Source of the DNA: Candidatus Latescibacterota bacterium
GTDB lineage: Bacteria; Latescibacterota; UBA2968; UBA8231
Reading direction: 5' to 3'
Length of the DNA stretch: 64,000 bases
Assembly (NCBI GenBank): GCA_965242865.1
Contig: CBDETK010000013.1
Span: 5,152,001-5,216,000, forward strand
Shown: piece after piece, positions 37,637 to 47,100 of the stretch
Position numbering within the stretch: the stretch's first letter is position 1
Layout of the letters: the number at the start of each line of letters is the position of its first letter
Position numbers and translations under genes: made by a program
The notes under the pieces: generated by a model
What the model was told of the DNA's origin: nothing
Seen by the model: only the letters and a program-made list of their open reading frames with translations
Databases searched by the model: none

Positions 37637-40072
37637 ATGCTTCGCAACTACGTCGTAATCGCACTCCGCAGCCTGCTGCGCGACAAAGTGGTGACCAGCA
37701 TCAACATCGCGGGCTTGTCCATCGCCATCGCCGTCAGCACCATCCTCGGTCTCGGCGTCCACGGTGCGCTGACCGCGGATTGGAACCTCCGCGACGACGA
37801 CCGCCTCTTCCGCGTGGTGACGCACGAGATCAGCGCTTCGGGGCACATCCAGCACCCGGCGTACCAGCGCGAGGAGCTCGCCGTGGCACTCGCGGCTGCC
37901 TTCCCCGAAATCGCTCGCACCACGCGCGTCATCAAAACGGACATCTTAATGACGGTCGGCGAGCGGCACCTTGAACACGCGGTGGTCGAGGTCGATTCCC
38001 AGTTTCTGCAAATGTTCCACTACCCACTCGCGGCCGGCAATCCCGCCACCGCGCTGGCGGACCTCGATCAGGTCGTCATTTCCAAGCGACTGGCCGAGCG
38101 GATGTTCGGTGCTGAATTCGCGGCCTACCCGGTGCTCATAGGCCGGCCGATCGTCTTGCACGGCAACGAAGGCCCCGAGACCTACACCATCTCCGGCGTC
38201 TTCGCCGAGCTGCCGAAAAAGCGGAGCTTGGACTTTGATGCGGCAATTCGCTTTGAGAACCGAACCAAGTATGGCATGGCCAGTTACTGGGGTTCTACGG
38301 CTTCTACGTACATCGCGCTTCAGCCCCTGGCCGCGCGGGAGGCACTCGAAGCCAAGCTCCCGGCGTTCTCCCGCACGTTCATCGCCCCGGTCTGGGAACG
38401 CTACAAGGGCATTCGCTGGCAGGACGACCCCAATGCCTTCCAATTCAAACTCCAAGACGCGCGGACGATTTACCTCAACCCGCAAAGCCAAGCCTATTAC
38501 GGCTATGAAAACTCCGTGGACCTCGAATCGATTCTCGCCCTCGTCGCCTTGATTGGCGTCATGCTGACCGTCGCCTGCCTCAACGCCACGACCCTCGCTG
38601 TAGCGGGTTCCATCGGCCGGAGCGCGGAAGTCGGCATCCGCAAAGCACTCGGCGCTAGCAAGGCACAAATCGCCCTGCAGCTTTTGGTCGAGGGGGTCCT
38701 GCTGGCCTTCTTCGCCCTGATCGCCGGACTCTTTCTAGTGCCGTTAGGGCTGCCCGCCTTCAACGCGCTTTATGGAATTGACCACTGGGCCGGGCTGGCG
38801 CTCGGCGATCTGGGCCTGCCAATTATCGTCGGCGGAGGCGTCTTGTTGGCGTTGCTGCTCGGCGTCGCGGCGGGCACCTATCCGGCCCTAATCGCGGCGC
38901 ACATGCCGCCCGCGGCGGTCGCCCGCGAGGTCGGGCCGGGGCGAAAAAATAGGCTGACAAACGCGCTCCTGACCTTGCAGTACGGCATGGCGGTCTTCCT
39001 GATCTTCTGCACCATCGCGATTCATCAGCAGTTGGCTTACATCCAGTCGCACGACCTCGGATACGCGGTCGATCAAGTAGTAGTCGTCAAGCTCCGCGGG
39101 GCAGACCCGACGCGCCTCGGCAAACGCTTTAAGGAGGCCGCCCTTTCCCAGCCGGGGGTCGCGAGTGTGGCCTTGGCCGATCGCGAGTTTTCGCTCGGCG
39201 TCCGCACCAATTACATCAAACGACCGGACGGGGAGCGCGTGAGCGTGTACGTGTATGCCGTTGACCCCGACTTCTTCACCACTTTGGGCATTGACCTCGC
39301 GGCCGGTCGCTCCTTTGCGGCTGACCGGCCGGTAGATCGGACGGAAAGTGTCGTCGTCAACCAGCGTCTCGCAGAAGTCTTTGGCTGGGGAGAAAATGCC
39401 GTTGGGGAATTCCTACCGGAGTACGGGGCTTACGGCGTGAGCAAAACGCCGGCTGTCATCGGCGTCACCCCGGACTTCCACTTCCGCTCGCTTAGGGAGC
39501 CGATCAAGCCGGCCGTGTTCCACTATGGGCCGGAAGGGTCCTTTGAGCGGGCGCTGGTGCGGCTGCGCGGGGACAACGACGCCCTCGCCGGCTTGGAGCA
39601 ACTATGGGAAAAGGTGGCACCCGAGCAACCTTTTGAGTACGAGTTCCTCGACCGGGCTTTTGCTCGTCAGTACGAGAACGAGCAGGAAATCGGCCGCACC
39701 GTTACGCTGGCGTCGGTCGTCGCCGTGCTCATCGCCGGCATGGGCTTGTTTGGCCACGCGACCATCGTCCTACAGCGGCGCACCAAAGAGATCGGCGTCC
39801 GCAAAGTGCTCGGTGCCACGGTAGCAGAGATCTTCGCTTGCTTGTCGTGCGACCTGACGAAAATGGTCGCCTTGGCCTGCCTGCTGGCGTTTCCGCTGGC
39901 CCACTTCGCAATAGGCCAATGGCTGTCGCAATACGCCTATCAGTTCGGATTGGGCCTGACGACCTACTTCCTCTGCGGGGCCCTCGCTTTTGCGATTGCC
40001 CTCGGCGCGGTGGCGTACACCGGCCTCCGCGCCGCACATGAGAACCCCGTCCACGCGCTGCGCTGCGAGTGA
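37637..40072 (+). CDS. MacB/FtsX-type ABC permease
   Basis: MLRNYVVIALRSL, EVGIRKALGAS, DFHFRSLRE, RTKEIGVRKVLGA. Confidence 0.92.
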   Translation: MLRNYVVIALRSLLRDKVVTSINIAGLSIAIAVSTILGLGVHGALTADWNLRDDDRLFRVVTHEISASGHIQHPAYQREELAVALAAAFPEIARTTRVIKTDILMTVGERHLEHAVVEVDSQFLQMFHYPLAAGNPATALADLDQVVISKRLAERMFGAEFAAYPVLIGRPIVLHGNEGPETYTISGVFAELPKKRSLDFDAAIRFENRTKYGMASYWGSTASTYIALQPLAAREALEAKLPAFSRTFIAPVWERYKGIRWQDDPNAFQFKLQDARTIYLNPQSQAYYGYENSVDLESILALVALIGVMLTVACLNATTLAVAGSIGRSAEVGIRKALGASKAQIALQLLVEGVLLAFFALIAGLFLVPLGLPAFNALYGIDHWAGLALGDLGLPIIVGGGVLLALLLGVAAGTYPALIAAHMPPAAVAREVGPGRKNRLTNALLTLQYGMAVFLIFCTIAIHQQLAYIQSHDLGYAVDQVVVVKLRGADPTRLGKRFKEAALSQPGVASVALADREFSLGVRTNYIKRPDGERVSVYVYAVDPDFFTTLGIDLAAGRSFAADRPVDRTESVVVNQRLAEVFGWGENAVGEFLPEYGAYGVSKTPAVIGVTPDFHFRSLREPIKPAVFHYGPEGSFERALVRLRGDNDALAGLEQLWEKVAPEQPFEYEFLDRAFARQYENEQEIGRTVTLASVVAVLIAGMGLFGHATIVLQRRTKEIGVRKVLGATVAEIFACLSCDLTKMVALACLLAFPLAHFAIGQWLSQYAYQFGLGLTTYFLCGALAFAIALGAVAYTGLRAAHENPVHALRCE

Positions 40073-40105
40073 CAAGGGAGAGTTGGGGCCGGAACCGCCC
40101 TTCGC

Positions 40106-40366
40106 TCAAGCGGCTGTGTTCTGTTTGACCTCCCAACCGGGGAAGACCAGAACAGCCGGATGGCACTGCAAGGCTTGCGCTAGCACTTTGGCGCGCTCAA
40201 CCCCAAGCTGGACGCGGTTGTTCTCGATGGCTGAAATAGTAGATTGGGGAATGCCAGTGCGTCGGGCGAGTTCATTTTGGCTCAGCTCCTGAAGCTCGCG
40301 GATAATGCGGACGGATTCACCTACAGACACCTCAATCTGCTTCTTGGCGCGACGGTAATTTTCCAT
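40106..40366 (-). CDS. XRE-HTH antitoxin (HigA-like)
   Basis: LSQNELARRTGIPQSTISAIEN HTH; lies directly downstream of the toxin. Confidence 0.85.
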   Translation of the reverse strand: MENYRRAKKQIEVSVGESVRIIRELQELSQNELARRTGIPQSTISAIENNRVQLGVERAKVLAQALQCHPAVLVFPGWEVKQNTAA

Positions 40367-40367
40367 T

Positions 40368-40649
40368 TCATGATCTCCGATAGTCGTGTGCCGTCAGGCT
40401 GACAACCTGCACGAGGATTTCCCTAGCTTCAATTTTGTATATGACGCGATAGTGAAGGCCGAGCCGGGACGACCTATGTCCTTTCCATTGGCCCCGCAGT
40501 GCTTCGTCGTGAAACCCTCTGATGAGCCTCAAGCCTTCAAGACCAGAGAACACGACGATATCCTTCCACTTTTCGTAACGTTTGAGGATTTCTTGGGGCA
40601 TGGATTGTAGCTGCTTATCCACCCTTCGATGTTCGAGAATACGCCACAT
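40368..40649 (-). CDS. RelE/HigB family mRNA interferase toxin
   Basis: GFHDEALRGQWKGHRSSRLGLHYRVIY; toxin-first gene order. Confidence 0.85.
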   Translation of the reverse strand: MWRILEHRRVDKQLQSMPQEILKRYEKWKDIVVFSGLEGLRLIRGFHDEALRGQWKGHRSSRLGLHYRVIYKIEAREILVQVVSLTAHDYRRS

Positions 40650-40685
40650 ACCATATATAATATAGATTAGTTATGGTATGTCAAT
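40646..40685 (-). promoter_or_regulatory. TA promoter with inverted-repeat operator
   Basis: TTGACA-N16-TATTAT on the minus strand; inverted repeat ACATACCATA (40646-55) / TATGGTATGT (40672-81). Confidence 0.65.
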
Positions 40686-40699
40686 TTCCAGCCAGCTTC

Positions 40700-41292
40700 T
40701 AGGACTCTTCCAGCCGCGTCCGTTCATTCGTCTGGATCGATCCGAGCGGCTTCAGGCTGCAACCGACCCGTCGTAGGACGTGGGCATTGTCGGGGCACAC
40801 GCCGGTACACAAGGCGTGGGGGTGCCCCGATCGCTTGTCGGTCCAAGCCGCCGTTACCTTGCCGCCAAAACGCCAGCGGTTGGGCGTTTATTTTCGGTTG
40901 TATGAGCAGAATATCCATACGCAGGATGTGGTATCCTTTGTCGGTCATATGATGAGCATGATACGCCGATACGCCGTACGATCGGGCTCATTTTGGATCG
41001 GTGGAGTGTGCATCGTGCGGCGGTGGCGACCCGGCAAAAAAGATACGCGGATCGACCCACCATCGAAAGGTTACCCGCCTATGCACCCGAATTGAACCCG
41101 GTCGAACAGGTCTGGAATCATACCAAGTATGGGGACTTGGCCAACTTCATCCCCGATCCCATCGAGCACCTAGCCGACGGGGTCATGCCGTCGATGACCG
41201 CCCAGCATCACGATAACCACCTGATCCGAGGCTTCTTCAAGTACGCTCAACTACCCCTGTAACGTATTCCTTTATTTTTGCAGAACTCAATA
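40700..41292 (+). mobile_element. IS630 family transposase remnant (3' half, frameshifted)
   Basis: WIDPSGF...RRTWA..G.TP, then in another frame LDRWSVHR...LPAYAPELNPVEQVW; probable right end TATTCCTTTATTTTTGCAGAACTCAATA. Confidence 0.85.
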
Positions 41293-41325
41293 AACCACGG
41301 AATCAGACCAACAATAACCAACGCG

Positions 41326-42354
41326 CTAGGCAGCCAACTCGCCCTTGCGATAGGCGCGGAGGAAGGCGGCGCAGTACTCGTCGCGGCCCAGCAGCATATC
41401 CTCAGCTAGTTGGTAGGGACGGGCTTGGCGGTCGATGGCAAAGAGGGCGGCCAGCGAGGTGGTCGTCGGGTCCATGATCGCGCTGTCGGCACCCGCTTCG
41501 ACGGCCAGCAATAGAAAAACGTCGTTGATCAAGTGGCGGCAGGGCAGGCCAAAGGAGACGTTGGAGAAACCGCCGGTGATGTGGACCTCGGCCCCCAACT
41601 CGCCGCGCAGTTGGCGAATGGCGTCAAAGGCGTGGTGGCCGAATTGCGCGTCAACCGAGATGGGGAAGATCAAGGGGTCGATGTACAAATCGGCGAGCGG
41701 CAGCCCCAAGGCCAGGGCCTTGTCAACCATTTGCCGAGCGTGATCGACCCGCTCTTGCGCGCTTTGCGGCATGCCGGACTCACCCGCCGCCGTGATGACG
41801 ACTTGGGCGTTGTACTGTTGGGCCAGCGCGAGGGCTTCGGGCCGCTCTAAAGACGCGGAGTTGAGCAGCAGACGCTGGGGATGGTCGGCCCCGGCGTTGA
41901 GGCCGACGGCGAGGGTATCTAGCTGGGAGGAGTCAATGGCCAGTGCCGTCGGCGACATGGCCGCTACCGCCTGCACCAGCCAGCGCATGGCCTCTTGCTG
42001 CTCGGCGGGCTTGAGGGATATTTCATCGACATTGAGGTCGAGGAAATCGGTGCCGGCCGCTTCTTGGCGTTGTACTTGGCGGCGCAGGTAGTCGAGGGCA
42101 TCCGCGTTGCCGAGCATGGCTTGTTGCACGGCGATCTTGAGGTGTTTGACGCGGCCTTCCTCGTAGTCTTGGGTCGTTTTGACCGCGTCGGGAATTTGGA
42201 GGAACCGGCGCGTGTTGTTGGCGTCGCGGAAGCGCACGGCCTCGACGCCTTGAGGGTCTGGGCCGATGAGCTTGCCTTTGCGCAAGACGACGCGGGTAGT
42301 GTGGATGTTTTCGCCGATGACGACGAAGGGACGGTCTGTACCGGGGATGTTCAT
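41326..42354 (-). CDS. Pterin-binding protein (methyltetrahydrofolate:corrinoid methyltransferase/MetH pterin domain-like)
   Basis: VIGENI, DFLDLNVD, AIDSS, LNS, YIDPLIFPIS, GGFSNVSFGLP, DSAIMDP motifs. Confidence 0.85.
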   Translation of the reverse strand: MNIPGTDRPFVVIGENIHTTRVVLRKGKLIGPDPQGVEAVRFRDANNTRRFLQIPDAVKTTQDYEEGRVKHLKIAVQQAMLGNADALDYLRRQVQRQEAAGTDFLDLNVDEISLKPAEQQEAMRWLVQAVAAMSPTALAIDSSQLDTLAVGLNAGADHPQRLLLNSASLERPEALALAQQYNAQVVITAAGESGMPQSAQERVDHARQMVDKALALGLPLADLYIDPLIFPISVDAQFGHHAFDAIRQLRGELGAEVHITGGFSNVSFGLPCRHLINDVFLLLAVEAGADSAIMDPTTTSLAALFAIDRQARPYQLAEDMLLGRDEYCAAFLRAYRKGELAA

Positions 42355-42517
42355 TGGAGTTCCGTATTGGGGTGAATGGGCGTTGGTTGTTGGACGAAGT
42401 TGAATGAGATAAGATAGGCTCTAGGGACGCGCTTCGCTGCTTAGAATATCGCCTCCTCCATTTTGGGTCAACCCTTGTCGTCCTCGCGCTCTGGGGCGAG
42501 AATTCAACCTATTCAAT

Positions 42518-43237
42518 CTAGAAGTGGGCGTCGCCAAGGTGTCCTTTCATTTCGAGTTGTAGAGAGCGGCAGAGCCTGTCCGCGAACCTCTCAACGCCGG
42601 GCAGTTCTGTGTAGTTGTGGGAATACACCGCCACGTTGAGTTCGCGGTGCCGGGCGTATTCGAGGAGATAAACATTGGTTTCTCCCGTCAGGTACAGGTC
42701 GATGTCATGGGCCATGGCATCCCGAATGTAACTGGTGTAGATACCGGCTCCCGTGACGCAAGCTATGCGTTGGACTGTTCTATGCGCGTCATACATGCTG
42801 CGTGGTTGCTCTTGCAGGAGCGAATTCAATGCCGAGCAAACCGCTTGGAAGCTCGTCGGGGCAGGCAGTTTGCCGATGCGAGCCTCGCCTGCTGAAGGTT
42901 TATAAACATGGTGACACCCGATTTTGGCGAGCAGGGTGGACGAGGTGCCAAAGTCTGCTAGATCCAACGGCAGATGAGCCCAGATATGCGTTAAGCCTTT
43001 GTCTTGGAGCAGCCCATAAACCGCATCTCTTTGCTCAAACATGAATTTCCAAGCGTCGTGATGGGTCGCAATTACATCTACGCGGAGATCAACGGCCTTA
43101 TAGATCGTCCTCGGCGTAATCGTGGTCGAATAGCCCAACGAGGTCGGCTGGTCGCAGTGCTCTACGATTCCCCATTCATCCGGGTGATCGTCGAGAAATT
43201 CTTTGGAAAAAAGATCATCCAACACAGCGCGAATCAT
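42518..43237 (-). CDS. Nif3-like dinuclear metal centre protein
   Basis: ATHH, AHLPLD, ACVTGAG, YLTGE, HNYTE motifs; lower GC. Confidence 0.8.
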   Translation of the reverse strand: MIRAVLDDLFSKEFLDDHPDEWGIVEHCDQPTSLGYSTTITPRTIYKAVDLRVDVIATHHDAWKFMFEQRDAVYGLLQDKGLTHIWAHLPLDLADFGTSSTLLAKIGCHHVYKPSAGEARIGKLPAPTSFQAVCSALNSLLQEQPRSMYDAHRTVQRIACVTGAGIYTSYIRDAMAHDIDLYLTGETNVYLLEYARHRELNVAVYSHNYTELPGVERFADRLCRSLQLEMKGHLGDAHF

Positions 43238-43301
43238 ATAGCCATCCTAAATGACTTGAAAGCGTGGAACGTTCATCGGCACCGTCTTTTTGCATAGAGG
43301 G

Positions 43302-43353
43302 GTCATCCCGCGAAAGAACGTCACCCCGTGCTCCGACACGGGCGGGAATCCAG
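43302..43353 (+). repeat. Nested REP-like element, copy 1
   Basis: GTCATCCCGCGAAAGAACGTCACCCCGTGCTCCGACACGGGCGGGAATCCAG; near-identical direct copy at 48100-48153. Confidence 0.85.
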
Positions 43354-43378
43354 TCTTGAATGATGTAGAATTGCTATA

Positions 43379-43795
43379 TCAGTGTTTCCCGCTCCAGTAC
43401 GTTACTTCGAGCTTGATACCGTCGGGGTCAAAGAAGAACGTCGCGTAGTATCCCTCGCCGTACTCAGGACAGTCAATTGGCGGATCTTCGATGTCCACAT
43501 GCTCTAGGTTTTTGATCACCTTTTCGTAGATTCTTTCGACTTCTGCGCGTGAGTCCACAGAAAAGGCAAGATGGTGCAGTCCCGGCTTGCCCCGCTCGTG
43601 GCGGCCCGCCTCCGTAGTGCGGCCAATCAGCAGGATCATTCCATCCTTCTCGAATCGCAAACGGTCGATCTCGCCCTGCTCTGTCAGTCGCGGGGGCAAT
43701 GCTCGGAATCCAAGTTCTTCTAGCAAGGGAGAGTAAAACCTCGTCGCAGTATCTAATTCGGAGACTGATAACCGGATGTGATGGATGGCTGCCAT
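43379..43795 (-). CDS. VOC/glyoxalase family protein
   Basis: IHHIRLSVS...FY..L, GLHHLAF, YATFFFDPDGIKLEV motifs. Confidence 0.9.
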   Translation of the reverse strand: MAAIHHIRLSVSELDTATRFYSPLLEELGFRALPPRLTEQGEIDRLRFEKDGMILLIGRTTEAGRHERGKPGLHHLAFSVDSRAEVERIYEKVIKNLEHVDIEDPPIDCPEYGEGYYATFFFDPDGIKLEVTYWSGKH

Positions 43796-43858
43796 CTATT
43801 CTTCAGATGTTTGTCATTTGATGGTTGGTGCTACGTCGATCCTGTGTCGGCACACTGT

Positions 43859-43942
43859 CTCCCGATTCTTGGTCGAAGCCGGAGCCGCCACAATCGTCGC
43901 ATCTACAATCGTCCCTGTGTGCATCAGCAACCCGCGTTCCGA
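43859..43942 (-). mobile_element. IS5 family transposase internal fragment
   Basis: Manual translation ERGLLMHTGTIVDATIVAAPASTKNRE matches the IS5 GTIVDATII.AP.STKN motif. Confidence 0.75.
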
Positions 43943-44115
43943 ACTCTGTCTCTCGTGTAGTATCCATTGAGCCACCTTCCTTCTGCATCAAATGCGGTGA
44001 TTAGACGATAGAGCGGCAAATTTTCTTCGGAGCAAACAATGGCTAATGCCGACTCGTCCCAAAAGCCTGTCTCGCTTAACGTTTCGTATCGCCCAAACTC
44101 TGTCAAGAGACGCAT

Positions 44116-47100
44116 CTACACCGCGACCCTCGTCTCCGTATCCCCCGCTGTGAGCGCGTTCATATAGGCCAGCGTCATATCGCGGGTGCGGTAGGTGCCG
44201 AAGGCGGCTTCGTCGTCGCGGCGGACGATGGGGAAGGTGTCGAGGATGTATTCGGCGTCGTCCCGCGATAGGCAGTAGAGGTGGAAGTAGAGCGCGTCGA
44301 GGCGGGCACGTAGGTGGCGGCGTTCTTCTTCGTCCCATAAGAAGGGCTCGCCATCGTAGCCGAGGTCGCGGGCGAAAGGGGCCATGTCGTGGGCGGTGTA
44401 TGTGAGGCGGAGGACGTGGTCGCGGACGAGGTCGCGGGCGGTTTTATGGCCGAATTTTTGGTCGTATGCGTCGGGGGCGAGGACGGGGAGTTGCTCGACG
44501 ATGTACCAATTCAGGTGCGTGCCTTGAGCCTTCTGTCTTGCAACAAAGTCCACACATATCGCATTCAGGTTGGCCATGAGATACGCGGTGGCCAAGGGGT
44601 CGGCACTGAGGAGTAGAGGAATAGTGTTTCCATACCCCGCCCATGGGACGATGGAAGCAATGACTGTTCTCTCATTTGTAGGATTGGTGATGTCGCGGAA
44701 GCCCAAGGCGTACCCGCGACTTTGGGGCAAAGTTTTCTCTACGTTGTGGGCTGGCACCCAATACTGTGTTTGGGGCAGGAACCGGGGGTCGGCGTGTTGC
44801 GCTTGGGTTACTTCCTCGCTGAGGTACGGGTTGTGTGTGCTCTCTGGGTTGACGCGAACCGAGTTGGCGCGGTGGTCAAAGTGCCAAATCATCCGGCCTT
44901 GATACAGCGGCAAATACAGTTCCGCGCCTCTCTTCCAACGGTTGCCTTCGATGGGATAGAAACCTTCCGCATCGAGTTGTTCGGCCGTTCTGAAGAGATG
45001 AGAGTCATTGGTCATGTGAAACATTGTGTTATACCGCACCGGCCACACCTTGCGCTCTTTTCTTCCCGCACGATTCACCAACACCGGATACCACTCGTAG
45101 ATATATCGCGTGATCTCCGCGTCCTTCCGGCGGCGGAACACGGGCGCGGTGCTGGTATTCGGATTCACGCGGGCGAAGTCGTCTGGCGTCAATGGAAAGC
45201 AGCGGTCCTCGTCGTGGACTGTTTTTGTGTCGTGGAGGAAGAACGCGCATTCGGCGTGGTCGAATCGGCGCTCCTCGCCGCCCAAGATGAGGGCGCAGAA
45301 TTTGAATGAAGCGTGAACATCCTTGAAGAAAATTTTCTTGTTCTCAAAATCAAACAGACCGCCCACTTGACCTTTGGTCGAAACCGACTTGAAGAACCGG
45401 GCCGCGGTCTTGTCGGCGTAAATGCCCGACGGCGTCAACAAGCCAACAAAGCCATCCGGCTTAATCAGGCTCATCGCCCGCTCGACAAACAGCGAATAGA
45501 GGTTGATGTCGCCGCCACTGAGCAACGGATAATCGCCAGACGCCCGAACCAAGCGCCCGAGCGTGTCGGCTCGTTCCTTGGCTGCGTCGAACTCAGCCGC
45601 CAAAGACGATCTCTGATCGCGCAGATTCTGAATGCCTTTTCGTCGCGCCGCCGCTGTCGGCGCTAGCGCGAGTTCCGGGGCGCGGCTGGCAAACCACTCG
45701 ACTTCTTGCAACTTGATGCGATCCCACGGCGGATTGCCAATAACCGCGTCAAAGCCGCCCTGCGGACAGCGGTCTTGCCATTGATGCCACACCCCGGGAA
45801 AGGCCACCTCCCAATGCAGAAAGCCTTCCTCGTTAGCAATTTTTCGCGCCGCGTGCCACAACTCGGCAAACCGCGCATCGTCGTCCTCCGGCCCACGCGC
45901 CAATAGCTCATACGCATCCGCCGGATGCTGGCCGATCGTCGTGCCCAGCGGCCCCTCAAACGCATCGCGTTCCTGCTTCTTCATGCCAGCCGTCAGCCAA
46001 CGCCAACCGCACAAAAAATTGAGCAAGCCGCGAAGGTCGGCGGTCGTCTTCTCCACCCCGTCGAACAGCGCGGCAGACGCCTGCACCTCGGCCACATCCG
46101 CGTCGGACATCTCCTCAATGCGCTGCATCCCTTCGGTGGCCATCTCCGCCCCGGCAATGGCACTGCCAGCGAACATCCCACCGAGCCGATGCAACTCATC
46201 GGTGGCGTCGCGCACCCGCAAGCCGACCAGCGAGTCGCCGCCGCGCAGGTGGTGGTCGAGGAAAGACAGCGGCGCACCCACCGTAAAGCTGTGCAGCCAC
46301 AGCGACACTTTGGCCAACTCGACCGTCAGCCGATTCTTGTCAACCCCGTAGATGCAACGCTTGAGCACCATGCGGCGAATGATGGCTTGGTCGGTAAGCT
46401 GAGCCTCGTCCAAGACCCAATTCGATGCGGTGGCTCGCTGGCGAATGTCGTCCCGAATTGCCGCCACGCGCCCCACCAGCGGCGACGTGTACTCGCCGTC
46501 GAGCCATTCGGGAACCGCGGGAACGCGCTCGATCAACTCGGCGATGTAGTCCGACAGGAAATCTACGGCCGTGACGAGGAAGTGGCCGCTGCCCATGGCC
46601 GGATCCAAGACCTTGAGGTCCAAGACAGCCACCGCCGGATCAAACCGCTCAAGCTCAACGCGCCGTTCCTGCTTGGATCGGCGGTCGCTTTGGAGCGCCG
46701 CCGCCTTTTTTGCAAAAGCATTGAGCCGCTCGTCGGCCAGCGGTCGCAAGGTCCGCTCGACGATCAGATCGACCAGTTCCTGCGAGGTATAAAAACTGCC
46801 GCTGTCCTTGCGAGCATAGGGATTGAGGCGAATGGAAATGTTGCCGTCGGCGCGCACTGGCTCGCGCTCCAGCAGCCGCTCGTAGATCGAGCCAAGCTGT
46901 TGCACGGACATGTCGCGGTAGTTGACAAAGCGGCCTTCGACGTGGCTCAGGTCATGGATGATCGGCGCGAGGGGCGCGTCGGCGAGGCGAGTGGTTTCCA
47001 ATAGCGGCGCGGCATCCGCCGCGAACAGCCCGCCGTTGTAAGGCGGCAGCCCAATGGACTCGTCGCCTTGGTTGATGAGCTTGAACAACGTCGTCAGGTG

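Noticed and set aside
41305-42395. Imperfect inverted repeat (CCAACAA..CCAACGC / GCGTTGGTTGTTGG) around the pterin-binding gene
   Set aside because: It is short, low-complexity and gapped, with no target duplication seen; it may be chance.
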